NCBI RefSeq assembly: GCF_022045235.1
Contig: NW_027266270.1
Span: 26,040,001-26,104,000, forward strand
Source: Haliotis cracherodii
Lineage: Eukaryota
Length of the DNA stretch: 64,000 bases
Reading direction: 5' to 3'
The notes beneath the pieces are model-generated. The model searched no databases, had not been told where the DNA came from, and was given only the letters and a program-made list of their open reading frames with translations. Below are positions 1 through 14,419 of the stretch, in pieces. The translations under genes were made by a program, and so were the position numbers. How positions within the stretch are numbered: position 1 is the first letter of the stretch; each line of letters begins with the position of its first letter.

Positions 1-146
1 GTCCCATCTGAAAAAGTGATGTTATTGTTAAGACGATCTTAACTCCAATACCAATACTCCAGTCGTGGCGCTAAGATCACTTCGTGGAACGTATTCTTTA
101 TCAATTGTTTGTGAAAAGGCAAGATATGTCAGGAGTAAGATGTCAC

Positions 147-405
147 TGGTCGCCTGTAGTCTAAGGCGCCACAATTCGCCGTGCAGAGTTGCGTCCCTTA
201 GGCATGCCAGAATACTATGGCCATTTGTTCGAATCCCGGTTCACCCTGATTATGTTCTAGGTTTGTCAGCACCATACCCGTACTCGTGGGTTTCAAGAAA
301 GTAGCGACCACCTATGTCTGCATCACTTCGGGCTTTGCTACCAAAATTGGCACACCGTTTTACAACTGAAATATCGTAAAGCGGCGTTAAACTTAACTCA
401 CCCAC
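147..405 (+). mobile_element. SINE family B copy (diverged)
   Basis: gtctaaggcgcc…gttcgaatcccggtt…gcggcgttaaac; ends approximate. Confidence 0.8.
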
Positions 406-1849
406 ACAATCACTGACTGTTAACGGTGTATTGTGTTTTCTTCAACACTGATGTTATTCTCACATTACTCCCGTGACAATAGCGCGTCAGCATATGTCCC
501 CAGTACTTCATGTTGTTGTCGGATTATAGGAATTTGCTGACTCCAAGTCATCGCGACCCAATGGATCAGATCGATGCTCATGCTTTCAGCCACTTGTTTG
601 CTTGTTCAGACTCGATTATTCACAGGTAAACATATTGCTGGATGTAGCTGTAAACAAAATCCCTTCACTCACATTTGCAATTCAAAGCTGCACAGTGCAT
701 AAACAATCTTACGTGTGACTGTATTTGAGTGATGAATTAACATTGCAGTAGATAATACTTAAACTGATATTCTTCTAACAAGTATATAAGGAAGACCCGA
801 CATTTGAGATCTTGTTCGATTTACTTGATCGGTCCTTAAACCAAAGGGTGACGTCATGACATTCAAGAGTGACGTCATGCCTGTCACCGTCGGTTCCAAA
901 TGACGTTTCCTTGCATCGAATAATAAAATATAGATAAAATAAAGCCCTCAAATACGAAAACACATAATGATTAAATCTAATTTTCATGCGAAGAATTCGT
1001 CTGTTATTTCTGTCACAGTTACCTGTCTGGACATGTTGACATCATCGTTGTACATCAATACTGAATGCGACTCCCTTGTTACAGCGGTACTTGTAACACG
1101 CACGCACGGAGGCAGACACAGGGATTTCTATGACATTAATGAGACCGACATGGCCAGTAAACGTAATTGTCGTCTGCGAAACACAAGTGGCGTTTGTTTG
1201 TGTCATTTATCGTCTGCTTCGCCGTTGTCACCTTTTCAGTGTTTATAATTTGTATGGCCTCTGAGGCGCTTCAACTACACTTTGATCAACTAATAATATG
1301 ATTGGAGTATCTGTTTCCTTCACAGATGTAAAAGGGACACGGGTGTCCCAGTCGTCTAAGGCGCCGCGATTCGCTGTGCAGAGTTGCGTCCCTTGAGCAC
1401 GCCAGAAACCCATGATTGTGGGTTCGAATCCCGGTTCGCCCCGATTATGTTTCTAGGTTTGTCCGTGCTCGATGTGCAATACGGTCAGACACACATTTTG
1501 GATGTCTTGGCTCCTGATTCTACCTACCAGAAAAGGTTTAAGGATGGTATTTGTTGTTACCCTGCCTGGAGATCGGCATTTAGGGGATAAAACAAGGACT
1601 GGTTGGCTCGGAGTCAGTGTACTGTGTGTGGGGTATCCAATCCATGTTTTATCCGGTTAATGCCGAGCGCTTAACGCGGACGGGGAGCGGATCACCGACC
1701 TCCTACAGTGTGGGCAGACTATACTACACTACACCACGGCGGCTGTCAATCTTGTGTCTTCTTCCATGATCATGTCCTTTTTGATAAATCCAATGAAATC
1801 ATTTATATCCCTTTTGACACTAATGTGATTGACATTGCTGCATTTTTTA

Positions 1850-2600
1850 TTTTAATCTGCACATAATAATAATTTCATAAGTTTACAAAATCTCTAAAGA
1901 TCTCAATTGTACGATTCCGACAATATCATGAGAAAGTGTTTATGAATCACTATAAAAAAATGACGATAGCCGGTGTTCGCGAAAAGGTGATATCATGAAG
2001 CAATGTTTATCTAGTCATTACTACGGTGGCCCATAAGGGACATGAAGTCTGTTTTTCAATATTTTTATATTTCACTTACTGTTATCGTAACCTTTCCACC
2101 TCGGTGGAAAGTCTGTTTTTCAATATTTTGATATTTCACTTACTTTTATGGTAACCTTTTGCAAATTAACACGATTTGTCATACAAATATGTGATAAATC
2201 ACGTATAAAAACAACCGAAAACATGGAAAATGTACTTTCAAGTAGCTATTGAATCGCTGAAATGTGAAGCGAAAATGTCAAAAACTAAAATGAAAATGTC
2301 AAAAACAAAAACGAAAATGTCAAAAACAAAAGCGAAAATGTCAAAACTAAAATGAAAATATAGAAAACATTTCATGTCCCTTATGGTCCACCGTACATTA
2401 CAATATTTTAATCTGTTCATAATAATAATTCCATAAAAATAAAAGTTATCTGAAGAAAGCAGAGTCCAATGTACGATTCCGACTATATCATGAGCTTGTG
2501 TTTTTGAATCACTTTTAAATAATGACGACAGCCGGTGTTCGCAAAAAGGTGATATCATGAAGCAATTTTTATCTAGTTATTACATGATGTTTGAAGTAAT
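1850..2600. repeat. ~170-bp dispersed/tandem repeat family (host of the IS3EU MITE)
   Basis: gccggtgttcgcgaaaaggtgatatcatgaagcaa unit; also at 8165-8340 and, inverted, at ~4110-4160 and ~23895-24005. Confidence 0.75.
2022..2395. mobile_element. Non-autonomous DNA transposon, IS3EU-type
   Basis: 25-bp TIR TACGGTGGCCCATAAGGGACATGAA / TTCATGTCCCTTATGGTCCACCGTA, 6-bp TSD CATTAC, 21-bp subterminal repeats. Confidence 0.85.
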
Positions 2601-3719
2601 CATTAGTCACGTGTCCAGAAGAGGCATAGGCCTCGTATTCCACGTGACATTTGTTGCCTTTGCCTGCGTTATAAATCATGCCAAAAAAACGCTGATCATT
2701 TATGGGATGTCTTTGTGAACGTTAACGTCCACGTTGTCGGATACAGAGGCAGAACCAAACTGACGGCGCTTCTAATGGAGAGTCTTCATAAATACCTGGC
2801 GTCGAAACTAATTTCATTGGGCCAAAGAGGACACGGGGATAAATTGAAGTTAAAAATCGCTTATTCAGCGGAGAAACTTTTTTTTTCAAATTATACCATT
2901 TTGCCTTTACAGCAAAATTACGATTCTGATTAACGCGTACGAAAGTTTTCTAGCTTAGGTGTTTTGACAGATCGATGGCGTAAGGAGACAAATCACGAAG
3001 CTGTGGGAGATGAAGAATGTGATTGCTTTTGTAGTTCCAAAGCTAATCGGTCGCGTATCCGGCGCCATAAACGTGAAATATCGCCTTCCTAACAAAATTA
3101 TCAAGCGAATGGCAAATCCTGCGGCGATTTTGTGTCTGAGCTTGGATGTGTTAGTTGTGTTTGGCGAGGTGGTCTTCATAAATCATGTTGCATATTGGGA
3201 GGTTTACTGGATCCTCGTCCAACTACATCCTGTGACGTAACGGGTGACCTTTAACTTCATGCATGGGTTTCCTTGCTTTTGATGTAAGGCTTGATAGTTA
3301 TGGAATGATAAGCACTAACAATTTCGTGCATATCTATAAATCATGGAAATGAGATTTTTCTCCCGTCGGTTCCCGTCAGTTAACTCCCTTGTCGTCTGGG
3401 CGGGACTACTTGTAGCGTGCGCGGGATTCTGGGTATTGATGGCAGCTGCATGGATGAAAGTTGTCTCTCCCGTCCCAACATAACATTGCTTTATGTCCTC
3501 CCGGGGTTCCCTTTTGTCGCGCTTGTCCTTGTGCTTGTGATTTATCATCCACTGGGCCCATGTGTAGTTATAGTATGAGTTCTTGGCGAGGGGATTTGAA
3601 GCAGTTGTGCACATTACATGTGTTTGGTTAAGTTTGCGGCCCAATATGCTTGGCATATAAAACAACTGTGGTGCCTACAATGGGTGGCCATTCTGCGACA
3701 TGAGCGTTTATGTCTGGTT

Positions 3720-3960
3720 ACTTCGTGCTTCATCATCAGGTTCTGTGAAATGTTTGGTACTTCCCGCTTAATCATCGGAATCTTTGAGATGTTTCTAAAT
3801 CATTCAGCTCTTTGAGATGTTTGGTACTTCGTGCTTCATCATAAGGCTCTTTGAGATGTTTGATACTTCCTGCTTAACCATAAGGCTCTTTGAGATGTTT
3901 AGTACTTCTTGCTTAATCTTAAATCTTTTGAAATGTTTGGTACCTCGTCTCCTGTCATAA
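3720..3960. repeat. ~39-bp minisatellite
   Basis: ctctttgagatgtttggtacttcgtgcttcatcataagg, about 6 degenerate copies. Confidence 0.8.
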
Positions 3961-5554
3961 GTCTCTTGGTGATGATTGATTCATCGTGTGTTGTCGTAAC
4001 TCCCAATCGTTTACAGGCCGCCGTCGTTAAGTACTGCTGTGCGGGTCAGGCAACGAACACCTACTTTTTTTTGTAAATTATGTGAGTGGTAGGTGTTACC
4101 GATAGGACAGGACATGATGACCATTTTTGCGAACACCTGGTGTCATCACTGATTTTCAGTGACCCATTCATGGAATTTTCACCTCTCCTTTGCCTTTTAC
4201 GCCCAATGGAACCTGTTTCGTCGGATAACCTAGACTAAGTATTCTCTGGCGTTGACGTTTTATATTTATCATAGAATTTAAAGACGTATGGTTACTTGTA
4301 ATAAATGGTTTTATGCCCGGATTCCAGCTGATTCCTTGTTGTTTCCGTTCTAACTTTGGTTTCCTTTAAATAGCTTTCCTGTTATGTTAAAGAGCTATCT
4401 AGGTTGTGATAGCCTTCATCAGAACATTACGTTTAAGTAGAACGAGTATACTCCACCTAGTCCTGCTTTATGATCCTTCAACTAAATGTGATCCCCAAAC
4501 ATAAATACCGCTTGCTCCTTCCACGCTCGTATCATCGTGTTAAAGTATCATATGTGTGCTTGACAGATCCCTTCCTCAGCCATTCCATTTACTGTGGAAA
4601 TAATTTGCTATCAGCTGTTTATTAAAGTAAAAATTCTAAATTGGATTCAATATTTAAACAGTCGTTGGAAAGCTTCATCTTGTGCAAGTGCTTTAGAAAG
4701 TTCACCGTTTTCAGTCCCAGTCTCTTCACGAGGGTGAGATAAATATTTATAGGCAGTATTAGCCACATGTCAAATGCCCCAGCAGAAATCGCTTTTTACA
4801 TTAACGCTATGTTTCCAGATAACCATTCAGTCTTATTGACACTATTTTTCAGGGAACTATTCTTGTCTGATGGTGTCCCACTGGGTCTCCTAACGCCAGA
4901 ATCGCCATAATGTTCTGTAGAGTTAATCTGCGCTATCAGTTGGACAAATCGTGCAAGTCATAAAACTCCTGGCCCTGGAATGTCGCAATTACCATAATGT
5001 TGTCGCAATGGACAACGTCCGGCAGATTTCAGACTCGTTTACGGCATCAAAACGTCATAGTTTCGTAAACCCGTCCTCGTTTATGCTACCAGAAATGAGC
5101 CCCATCACGCGGGCTGGGATATTATCGAAACTCGGTCTGATACGAGTTGGTTATCAACTTGTTGGTCTGTTTTATGTAGCACTCAATAAATCAGGCAGTG
5201 TGCACATCTGTGTTATTTTTGAGGGATCCCTCTAGTACTACCGACTCAATTACTCGCTACTTTCAGTAGTGGATGAGTATGATGGGCTCCCCGATCGTTG
5301 TCTATTTGGGTGCACGGGCGCGAATGTGCCTTCTCCAGAAACATTTTAGAGAACCGCGTTTTTAGGAATTCCTGTGATATTGTGAACGTGTGCATGTGCA
5401 TGTGCATGTGCGTGTGCATTAAAGTACCCACGTGTTAAAGAAGGTGTAAATTCTTCCTTCGAAATATGAGGAATTATTGATTAGTGCATGAAGTGGTATA
5501 ATCTTTACAACGAAGTGTATTACGGTGTATGTTTGTATGAGCGCGAGTGTATGT

Positions 5555-5601
5555 GTGTGTGTTGAGTGTGAGTGTGTGTGTGTGAGAGAGAGAGAGAGAA
5601 A

Positions 5602-5648
<47 letters not shown>

Positions 5649-5745
5649 CGAGAGACAGACAGAGTGACCCAAAGACTTCTTTGTAGCTGACTCAGCATAA
5701 TTAATAAATGGTACTGATGTCGCTGATCGGGAGGAGAGGGTCCAC

Positions 5746-5791
<46 letters not shown>

Positions 5792-5888
5792 CGAGAGACA
5801 GACAGAGTGACCCAAAGACTTCTTTGTAGCTGACTCAGCATAATTAATAAATGCTACTGATGTCGCTGATGGGGAGGAGAGGGTCTAC

Positions 5889-5973
<85 letters not shown>

Positions 5974-6034
5974 GAGTGTGTTAGTGTGTTAGTGAGTGAG
6001 TGTGTTAGTGAGTGTGGATTGTGTGTGATATTGT
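5555..6034. repeat. Compound repeat: ~85-bp unit alternating with (GA)n, 2 units, next to an N-gap
   Basis: gagtgacccaaagacttctttgtagctgactcagcataattaataaatg…. Confidence 0.9.
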
Positions 6035-6949
6035 NNNNNNNNNNNNNNNNNNNNNNNNNNNNNNNNNNNNNNNNNNNNNNNNNNNNNNNNNNNNNNNNNN
6101 NNNNNNNNNNNNNNNNNNNNNNNNNNNNNNNNNNNNNNNNNNNNNNNNNNNNNNNNNNNNNNNNNNNNNNNNNNNNNNNNNNNNNNNNNNNNNNNNNNAT
6201 TGTGACAAGAAACAACAACATACTTGGTTCAAATCATACACTAAAAAACAATGCTTGCTGAGGTCTGTTATCAGGAATATTAAAGCCTAAATGGTTAGTG
6301 GCAACGGGATACCTTAATACCACTGAAGCTACAAAAAGCAAGTTTGAATGGAGCGCTTGACAGGTGCACAATTAAGTGTGTTTGTTGTTAATGTTTCCAT
6401 CAGGGCATCCTGCATTTTAGGCCATTGCTTTTTACAAAGTACTCCGGCCATGCGACGGCCTGTAAACAAACCAGACAATCAAGTGATGGACGAGGTTATC
6501 TTGTGAAACGATAGTACATTTATTGTTTTTCTTGAAACGAAAAACGAAATGTTTAATTTTGATCTACGCCTGGAATGTACAAGTGCAGAAATTCTGTATA
6601 GTTTCGTTTTGCAACACAGTTGGGACAGTTTTAATAATTCCCGGACCAAACATTACTTTCGTAGTTACCTCGGCATTATTGTATTATTGTAAAATGCTAC
6701 TGAGCTTATGGTGACGCGCGGGGACCACAGAACACCAGTTCAAGAAAATATAAAACGTCAACGCCAGGAAGTAGCGCCTTATAAGGAAGTTATAAGTTTA
6801 CTCTTATGTATATACGTAACGTATACATTAACTATAAGTAACTACATGTTCATAGAGGTGAGGTGAAATGGGGTTCAACGTCGCTTTTATAGCTTATATA
6901 GAAACGTGCAAATTCAACGTCGCTTTTATAGCTTATATAGAAACGTGCA

Positions 6950-7173
6950 TGCACGTGTGTTGTGCTAGCCCACTGAGATACCATGCCGCAGTTTAACATG
7001 AATACCCCACTCAGACACAGTGTACTGACTCCGAGCCAACCAGTCCTTGTTTTAGCCCCTTAATGTCGAACGCCAGCAAGCGCAACCATCTTTTGGTATG
7101 ACTTGACCGGGGATCGATCCCCCGATATTCCGCACTCCGGGCGGACGCTCTACCACCAGACCACGGAGGCGGC
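6950..7173 (-). mobile_element. SINE family C copy
   Basis: Reverse-complement match to 40034-40300. Confidence 0.75.
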
Positions 7174-10100
7174 TTATTGATATAGGTAATGTAAAATTAA
7201 TACATATTCATATACATGCAGATTACGTCTAGTAGTCTTACCTGTAATTACGGCGGGGGAGATCGATATGTGCAACACGAGTACAATGACATGTGCAACA
7301 CAAGCGCATTGACATGTGCAACATCTCTGCATCTGCATTGTGCACAACCATCACACGGATTGGCCCCGCGAGTGCATGCTGCAAGCGTGACAACGAGGCT
7401 AGCCTGTGTAGGAAGTAAGTCAATATCTCTCAAGGACTCGTGTAACGTTGAGCTGAAGTGCGATGCATTCTACAATGTCACATTTGTCTCATTTTTCTGT
7501 TTAGCAAGCACTAGACAGATCTCTGTTTGAAGAGTCAAATATGCCGTTAATGGCTTTCAAACACGGTATTGTCCTCTTGTTAGGCTCTGTGCGTTGCCCG
7601 TGATAGCAGCTTCATGGTCAAGTGTACGTCGTTATTCTAAAACAAACATACAGCTGTTATTATACACTATTACGCTTTGTGGAATTGTGATAACGGCGGA
7701 ATTGTAAAGTTGCTACACATGTACTGTACTTTTTGGATAAAATAAGGGAATGTTTTACAGTGTCGCCAACAAAGGATTTTTTATATCTGAATAGTCAAGA
7801 CAAAATGTGTTTCTGGGACAAAAGATGTTCCTGGTTTTGAGGGATATAATTTGCCTCAACTCCCTGGCCAGTTCTCAGATTAATATATCCAATAGTTACA
7901 GGGCTTTGCTTTATGTGAGGATTCATTTACAACATTTTGTTAATGTTCTTCTAGGCAAATGACATTTTTTCTAAGGTTCTGTAAATAAAAAAGCCACAAT
8001 CTCTGATTTGCGATACATTCTCCAATGCAATAATTATATGGCTCGTAAATCCAACTGTTAAATTCTGTCAAAGGCACAGTAGTCTGCGGTCAAGATTTCT
8101 TTTACCATATTGTGATTTGTGTGAAATAAAACCGACAAGACCCTTTCCATCTTCTTTAGAAATCTCTGACGACAGCCGGTGTTCGCGAATAGGTGATATC
8201 ATGAAGCAACGTTTATCTAGTCATTACAATATTTTAATCTGTACGTAATAATAATTCCATCAACTTACAAAATCTCTGCACAAAGCAGAGTCGATTGTAC
8301 GATTCCGTCTATATCATGAGCATGTGTTTATGAATCACCATCACATCGCCATGATACCAGGCAAAACAGTACATACGCTTTTTCTTTGTAGACGTACTAC
8401 TGTAATACGATATCGGATTGTATTTTCAGATCTTAATTGAGATTGATGTAGTGCTTGTGATTAGTCGGATTGAAGGTATCCCGTCATTATAGAGACTTTG
8501 ATGTTTTAAAACACACTACGTACGCTTGTTTTTCTGTATAGATTTACAACACCAATACGGGAGCTTTCTTTACACAGAGAGCCATAATATTGCATTATAA
8601 GATCTGATCCTAATTGAGATTGATGTACTTGTGATTAGTCGGATTGAAGGTATCTCCATAGTCCTTCTAACAATTTAGATGCTTGAAAACCAATACATAC
8701 ATTTGCTTTTTCTGTATAGATTTACAACACCAATACGAGAGCTTTGTTTATAGAGAGCCATAATATTGCATTAAAAGATCTGATCGATGACATGCATCAA
8801 CCAATTCAACGAGCCTGATCACCCGAGCCCGTTAGTCGCTTCTTACGACAAGCATAGTCGCCTTTTACGGCAAGCATGGGTTTCTGAAGTTCTATTCTAT
8901 CCCGGATATTCACAGGTCTTCGTATTGTGCCAATTGCGAAATGAAACGACGCTATAAAGAACGACAGAAAGCTAGAGATGGGAGTGACTGAGGTGGTGAC
9001 TTCACTTCAGAAATTAACCTTTTTGTGTTATTGAATGAGTTTTTATCATAACAGAATGGAAACATACAGCGGATAATGTAGGATGATAAAATAGGTTTAC
9101 CACGTGCACAGTCTATGGGATTATTTTAATCATGGCTGAAATGCTATTACATTACATCTATATTGGTCAAACGATTAATCAATACGATCCCGAGTCGTCC
9201 TACTTATTTGCCTTGTGATGTATTGACATAAATCATTAATATTTCACGATATGTACATCCGAACATAGTCCGAATGACCTTTCTAACATTTGTGAACTTA
9301 CTTTTAGACACGGATCAACCATTCTGACACGAGGCGCAATGTTCATCATTGTATGTCAATGATCTGTCGTGTTTACATACCCTTTATGCATATTTGATAA
9401 TGGATTTTGTTATAACAGGAAATGGATCGATCTTGTATCGGCCTGTTATCTATGGTGTCGCAATATCGTTTGTAGATTTACGTCCCTTAGTTACGCATGG
9501 ATCCACTGATCGTTATTTCGAATCCAACGTTCTCCCTGAACATCATTCTTGGTAGACATCTACGACACCTGTCACGTTGGTTTTTCTCCCACATGAAACT
9601 CGGAAACTGTACACAAGCTACGCGGACCGTGGGGTAGTCTAGTGGTTAAAGCGTTCGATCGTAACGCTGTAGCCTCGGGTTCGATTTCCAACTTGGGTTT
9701 AATTTGTGAAGCCCATTGCTGGGATATTGCCATAAGCGACGTAAAAACAAACTCAGTCCCTCACTCACTCCGAGGCGATATATCGTCGTTAAGTGAATTA
9801 TTACGGGGAGGTATCGTACTGACTACGGTGACAGTAGCGTCTTTATCCAACAATGAACCTGCATATTGGCAAGCGTTCGAACAAGACTGCAGACTCGCAG
9901 TCAATCGATACAGTGTTGGAGCCACGGTCAGAAACATTTCAGATCTGCTCTTGATTAACCTTATTGTGAGAGCTTGGTATTATCGCAGCAAGCTGTGCGT
10001 GATCTCGTACTGTTAATAGCCCCAGCTCCATTGGACGATATAGGAGAGAGATGCATTAGGTTAATAACTCCACCTTTTGTAAAGAAAATTATTTTTATGT

Positions 10101-10564
10101 GAATAATGCTAAGATGCGTTTGATTATTATGCTCAAAAGCAAAAGTAATTGTCAATTCGTCTTTGTTGTATTTTTTGTTCTAGAAAAATCTTTTATATTA
10201 TTTGAAGACATGAAGTGAACTGGTGTATACTTGGGTTTAAAGTGGACTACATGGGGTTTTCAGAGATTTTAATTTGTGTTGAATTAGTACGCCCTTAACA
10301 GTTTGATTGTCTTAAGTACAATACGTGTCGTGCCTACATGCTGCATTTATTGTTTGTTTCTTTGTTTGTTGTTTAACGTTGCGCTCAGCAGTATTACAGC
10401 TATATGACGTCGATCTGTAAATTATCGAGTCTGGACCACACAATCCAGTGATTGACACCATGGGCATCGATCTACACCACTGGGATACGATGACATATAT
10501 CAAACAAGTCAGCGAGCCTGACCACCCGATCCCGTTAGTCGCCTCTTACGACAATAATGGATAA

Positions 10565-11140
10565 CGGAAGCAGACTCAGATGATTTTGTTGAGCGATTTG
10601 TAACCATGGAAGAATCACACTGCCAACTTGAGATTAAACAAACTAAACAACAGTCTACACAGTGGGAACACCTAACTTCTCCGATGAAGAAGGCAACTTC
10701 TGTTCCATCAGCTGCAAAGGTGATTGCTTTGGTTTTCTGGAGTCCCTTCTGGTGTACTGTCTCCCAAATGTTCAGCCCATTAATGGCCAATATGATGCTA
10801 ATCTGCTCAGGCAACTGTGTGAGGATATCACTGTTAAATGTCGTGGAATAGTCAATAAAGGTGTGACTATGCACATGTCTGTTGTCGCCATTGTTGCAAT
10901 ACATGACAGTAGCCTTGAACTCATTGAACATCCTCCGTATTAACCAGATTTGACACTGTCAGATTTCTACCTCTTCCCCAAAAGACAATAGATCTGTCTG
11001 AAAGCATTGTGCAAATGGTGATGAGGTCGTTTTTGCTGTGGAGGACTTTTTACACCACCACGAGGAAGCCTTCTACGCCACTGGGATCCAGAAACTCCAG
11101 CATCGGACGGGATTGTCCTGGATAAGTGTATAGATATGAT
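10565..11140 (+). pseudogene. Degraded mariner transposase
   Basis: Frameshifted motifs TKQQSTQW, SAAKVIALVFW, INGQY..LLRQL, LELIEHPPY*PDLTLSDFYLFPK, EEAFYATGI. Confidence 0.88.
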
Positions 11141-14006
11141 TGGCCTTGTACACCGAATGGAATATGTTTTGGCAGATAATCGAGACTGGTTATTCTCTGG
11201 TGTCGACGTTTCATATTTCCCATTCTTTATTATAATCGACAATTTACAATTCAAAAATTCTTTTATATATCGAGTTCTCTAAAAGCATGAATCGAGACGC
11301 TTATGACCGATGGTTAAGTTAATTCTACTGGTTTTGTTACAAGTTGCACCTGAAGACAGGATCGACCCTGAGGCATCGGGTTTCTCTACTCCAGAATCAA
11401 TATGCAGAGTTATGTCCCTTGGACACATCAGAAATCCGTGGGTTCTTTCTCGCCTACACTGCCCCATGTATTGCCACGAGACTCACCAACGTACACTCAT
11501 TCACTTGCTCCGTGTGTCACATCGTCTTGTCACTCATTCTCCCTCATTCACAAACTGTGACACACTCTGCCCCATTCACAAACTGCCATTCCTTCATCCC
11601 TCTATAGGATCTTGCGTCAGGTAACCATTGTCCGATCGAGCGAAGCATATGGATCAGCATACCTGCTTTATGTATCAAAAAAAAGAACTTAAACAGGTAG
11701 TTCCGAATGGAGATAATGAATGCCACGCTCTTTTGTTTCTGTGGATATCTTATTCACTCTGTCGTTTTAGAGAGGTACTATCGAGGTTATAATTGTCTTC
11801 TGTGTTGAGGTGGTAGAAAAGGGAAGACGAATCGTGGGAGAAACCTGACGTCGGATTGGCTCAAGAACACAACATTCGCTTGACGCTCAATGCAGGGTTT
11901 GACAGGTTTGAGCAGAGAGGTTTCGTGTCAAGTAAAAAATCGCGTCTCATCGTGATTGTTTGCTATCCACACAGATAATCACCTCACCCTCTGAACTTGT
12001 GACAAACACAGATCAGACACAATACTAAGATGAAATACTAAGATAAATGCGGATCAACTGCCTATCTTAAGGGAGTAAGTATGAATGTTATCAGCCATGT
12101 CAAGTTATCAGCTGAGACAAACGTAGGGATTCTCCACCACGGGACTGTGTGGTAAACGCTTTCGCTCGCCACGCCAAAGGACCAGGTTCGTTCCCCACAT
12201 TGGAAATTGGTGTCCCCCGACGTGATATTGCTGGAATACTGCTAACAGCGGCGTAAAACCATAATCACTCACCCCTCCAAGGACTGTCTCATAATAGAAT
12301 ATTCATGTTTCTTTTCACCCTGTGTAAAATCAGGATCAGAATACTTCAACTCATGGGCGGATACAGGGAAGGGGGGGAAGAGGGGGTGCGCGCACCCGTT
12401 TTTATTTCGAAAAAAACCTTTATTTCTGTACAAATTACCAACAAAGACAATAAATAGATCTTAATTGTGCACACACACACCTTTTCAAAAAAGCTGTATC
12501 CGCCCATGCAACTGTATCTCATGTTTGACCAAACCGATGGTCGGATGCCTCGGCTCATCGTAACCTGATGGCGTACATCGTTGCTCATGCGTTTAGTCTC
12601 TTGTTTGCCTTGTCTAGATTCATGGTTTATAGCCCCAGTTCACCTCACCTCACCCCGTCATTGATGTCACACCAATAAGGGGCCGCAATTCGCTGTGCAG
12701 AGTTTCGTCCCTTGGATGTGCAGAACCTATTATCAAGGGTTTGAATCCCAGATCCTACCTGATTATGTGGATACGTTGACAGCACCATACCCATGGTCCT
12801 GGGTTTCAACAATGTGTCAAATGTCTAAGACCTGCATCACGTCGGGCTTTCCTCTCACTTCAATCCGATACGCCATGATTATTCAAAATGGGTTAAACCA
12901 AGCTCACTCACTCACAACACAATAACAAACAAATAACTCTACCGCGTCAACGATATATCGTTCCCTGACCCAACCAAACCCTTTTCAACCTAACCAAAAC
13001 GTATTCTTTGATTTGAGTACGTTAAAGTACATTTTATTTAAATTTCTATTTCCCTTTCATCTTTGTCACGATTGAGTTAAGCCCTCAACATTATATGCAC
13101 CGAATGATGATAGGGTAAATTTTCTACTGTTATTTCCGGATTTCTCACCTGTATAACAGTATTTCATGCTTCAGCGGAAAACCAATTAAAATGGCGATGG
13201 TATTACCAAGAACTCAACTCCACGCCGACTCACCGAACTTCCTTTCGCATGACCACTCCGCGGATAAAGTCGAAAATCCGTCACGCATATAGTAAAAACG
13301 GAAAAGGATTTTAAGTACATCAACTGCTTTGAAGTAACTCACGTAACGCTTACATGCGCTCATCACAGAAATAGCTTTATCTGATTGTTATAAACCAGGA
13401 TTAAACCACAAAGCTGTGATATACCGTCAAGTTGCCTCGCTGATGTAACGCTTTAACGCTGAACGAAGCGTCAGTCGTGTGTAAGGAACTATCTATTAAT
13501 GACTGCTTACACCTTCAATCGATTTCATTTCTTGGTTAGAAGAACTGAGCCTAATTAAATTTTCCAACTTAAGTTAACGAGTGCCAGTCTTGCGTGTTAG
13601 GGCTTACAGCTGGCTGGGGATACTGGCTTTACGTCAGTTCCGTCAGACAGCTATGTGGGTTTGTCAAAAAAGACCGATCAACTGAAGAATGTTTCCCAAT
13701 ACGGAATTGGAAAAAACGTTATTGAAATGTGCTTCAATCTAATTGTGACAAAATCCTATTTGCTAGATAATGTGCAATCTTGGTGTTTCTGTATAAGGTT
13801 ATAGCGTGAAGATCCTCCCCTTTTTTATAAATAGTGCGAGGACCATTTGACATAAAATCTAATAACAGCCTAACGTAGAGCTTTTACCGTGATTAATACG
13901 CGAATGTTTCGAGCAAAACAAATCATTTGATGTGATTTGTTAACTTGGTGTTCTACGGTAGATTCGCATAAAATATTGATTGATCTTGGTCACGTCAGAA
14001 TCACAT

Positions 14007-14315
14007 TTGACTTATTTGGAGTACAGAAAACCGATATCTAATGACTTATTTGGAGTACGGAAAACCGTTATTTAATGACTTATTTGGAGTATAGAAAACC
14101 GTTATATAATGACTTATTTGGAGTACGGAAAACCGTTATATAGTGACTTATTCGGAGTACAGAAAACAGTTATATAATGACTTATTTGGAGTACAGAAAA
14201 CAGTTATATAATGACTTATTTGGAGTACAGAAAACAGTTATATAATGACTTATTTGGAGTACAGAAAACAGTTATATAATGACTTATTTGGAGTACAGAA
14301 AACAGTTATATAATG
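14007..14315. repeat. 34-bp minisatellite, ~9 copies
   Basis: aatgacttatttggagtacagaaaacagttatat. Confidence 0.93.
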
Positions 14316-14419
14316 CAGTAAAGTCGGCTAAACCGTAATACTTGTTTCTTTGTACTCAGCGTTGGTCGATAATTGTAACATTTCCAATTAGTGTGTCTGT
14401 TCCAGTGTGTTTGACCCCA

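Noticed and set aside
3343-3483. Short hydrophobic ORF MEMRFFSRRFPSVNSLVVWAGLLVACAGFWVLMAAAW… as LGR exon 1
   Set aside because: Stops after 46 codons, has no LRRNT cysteine pattern and no phase-2 donor
4290-4760. Possible L1/Tx1-like LINE remnant on the minus strand
   Set aside because: Only vague motif resemblance; cannot be supported without BLASTX
5844-6290. ORFs spanning N-gaps (also 20794-22490)
   Set aside because: Artefacts of unknown bases and dinucleotide repeats
7216-7420. Cys-rich ORF with a GTAAGT donor as LGR exon 1
   Set aside because: No signal peptide and no CPxxCxC…VxC cap; the junction would not give the expected Leu before DLGMNN
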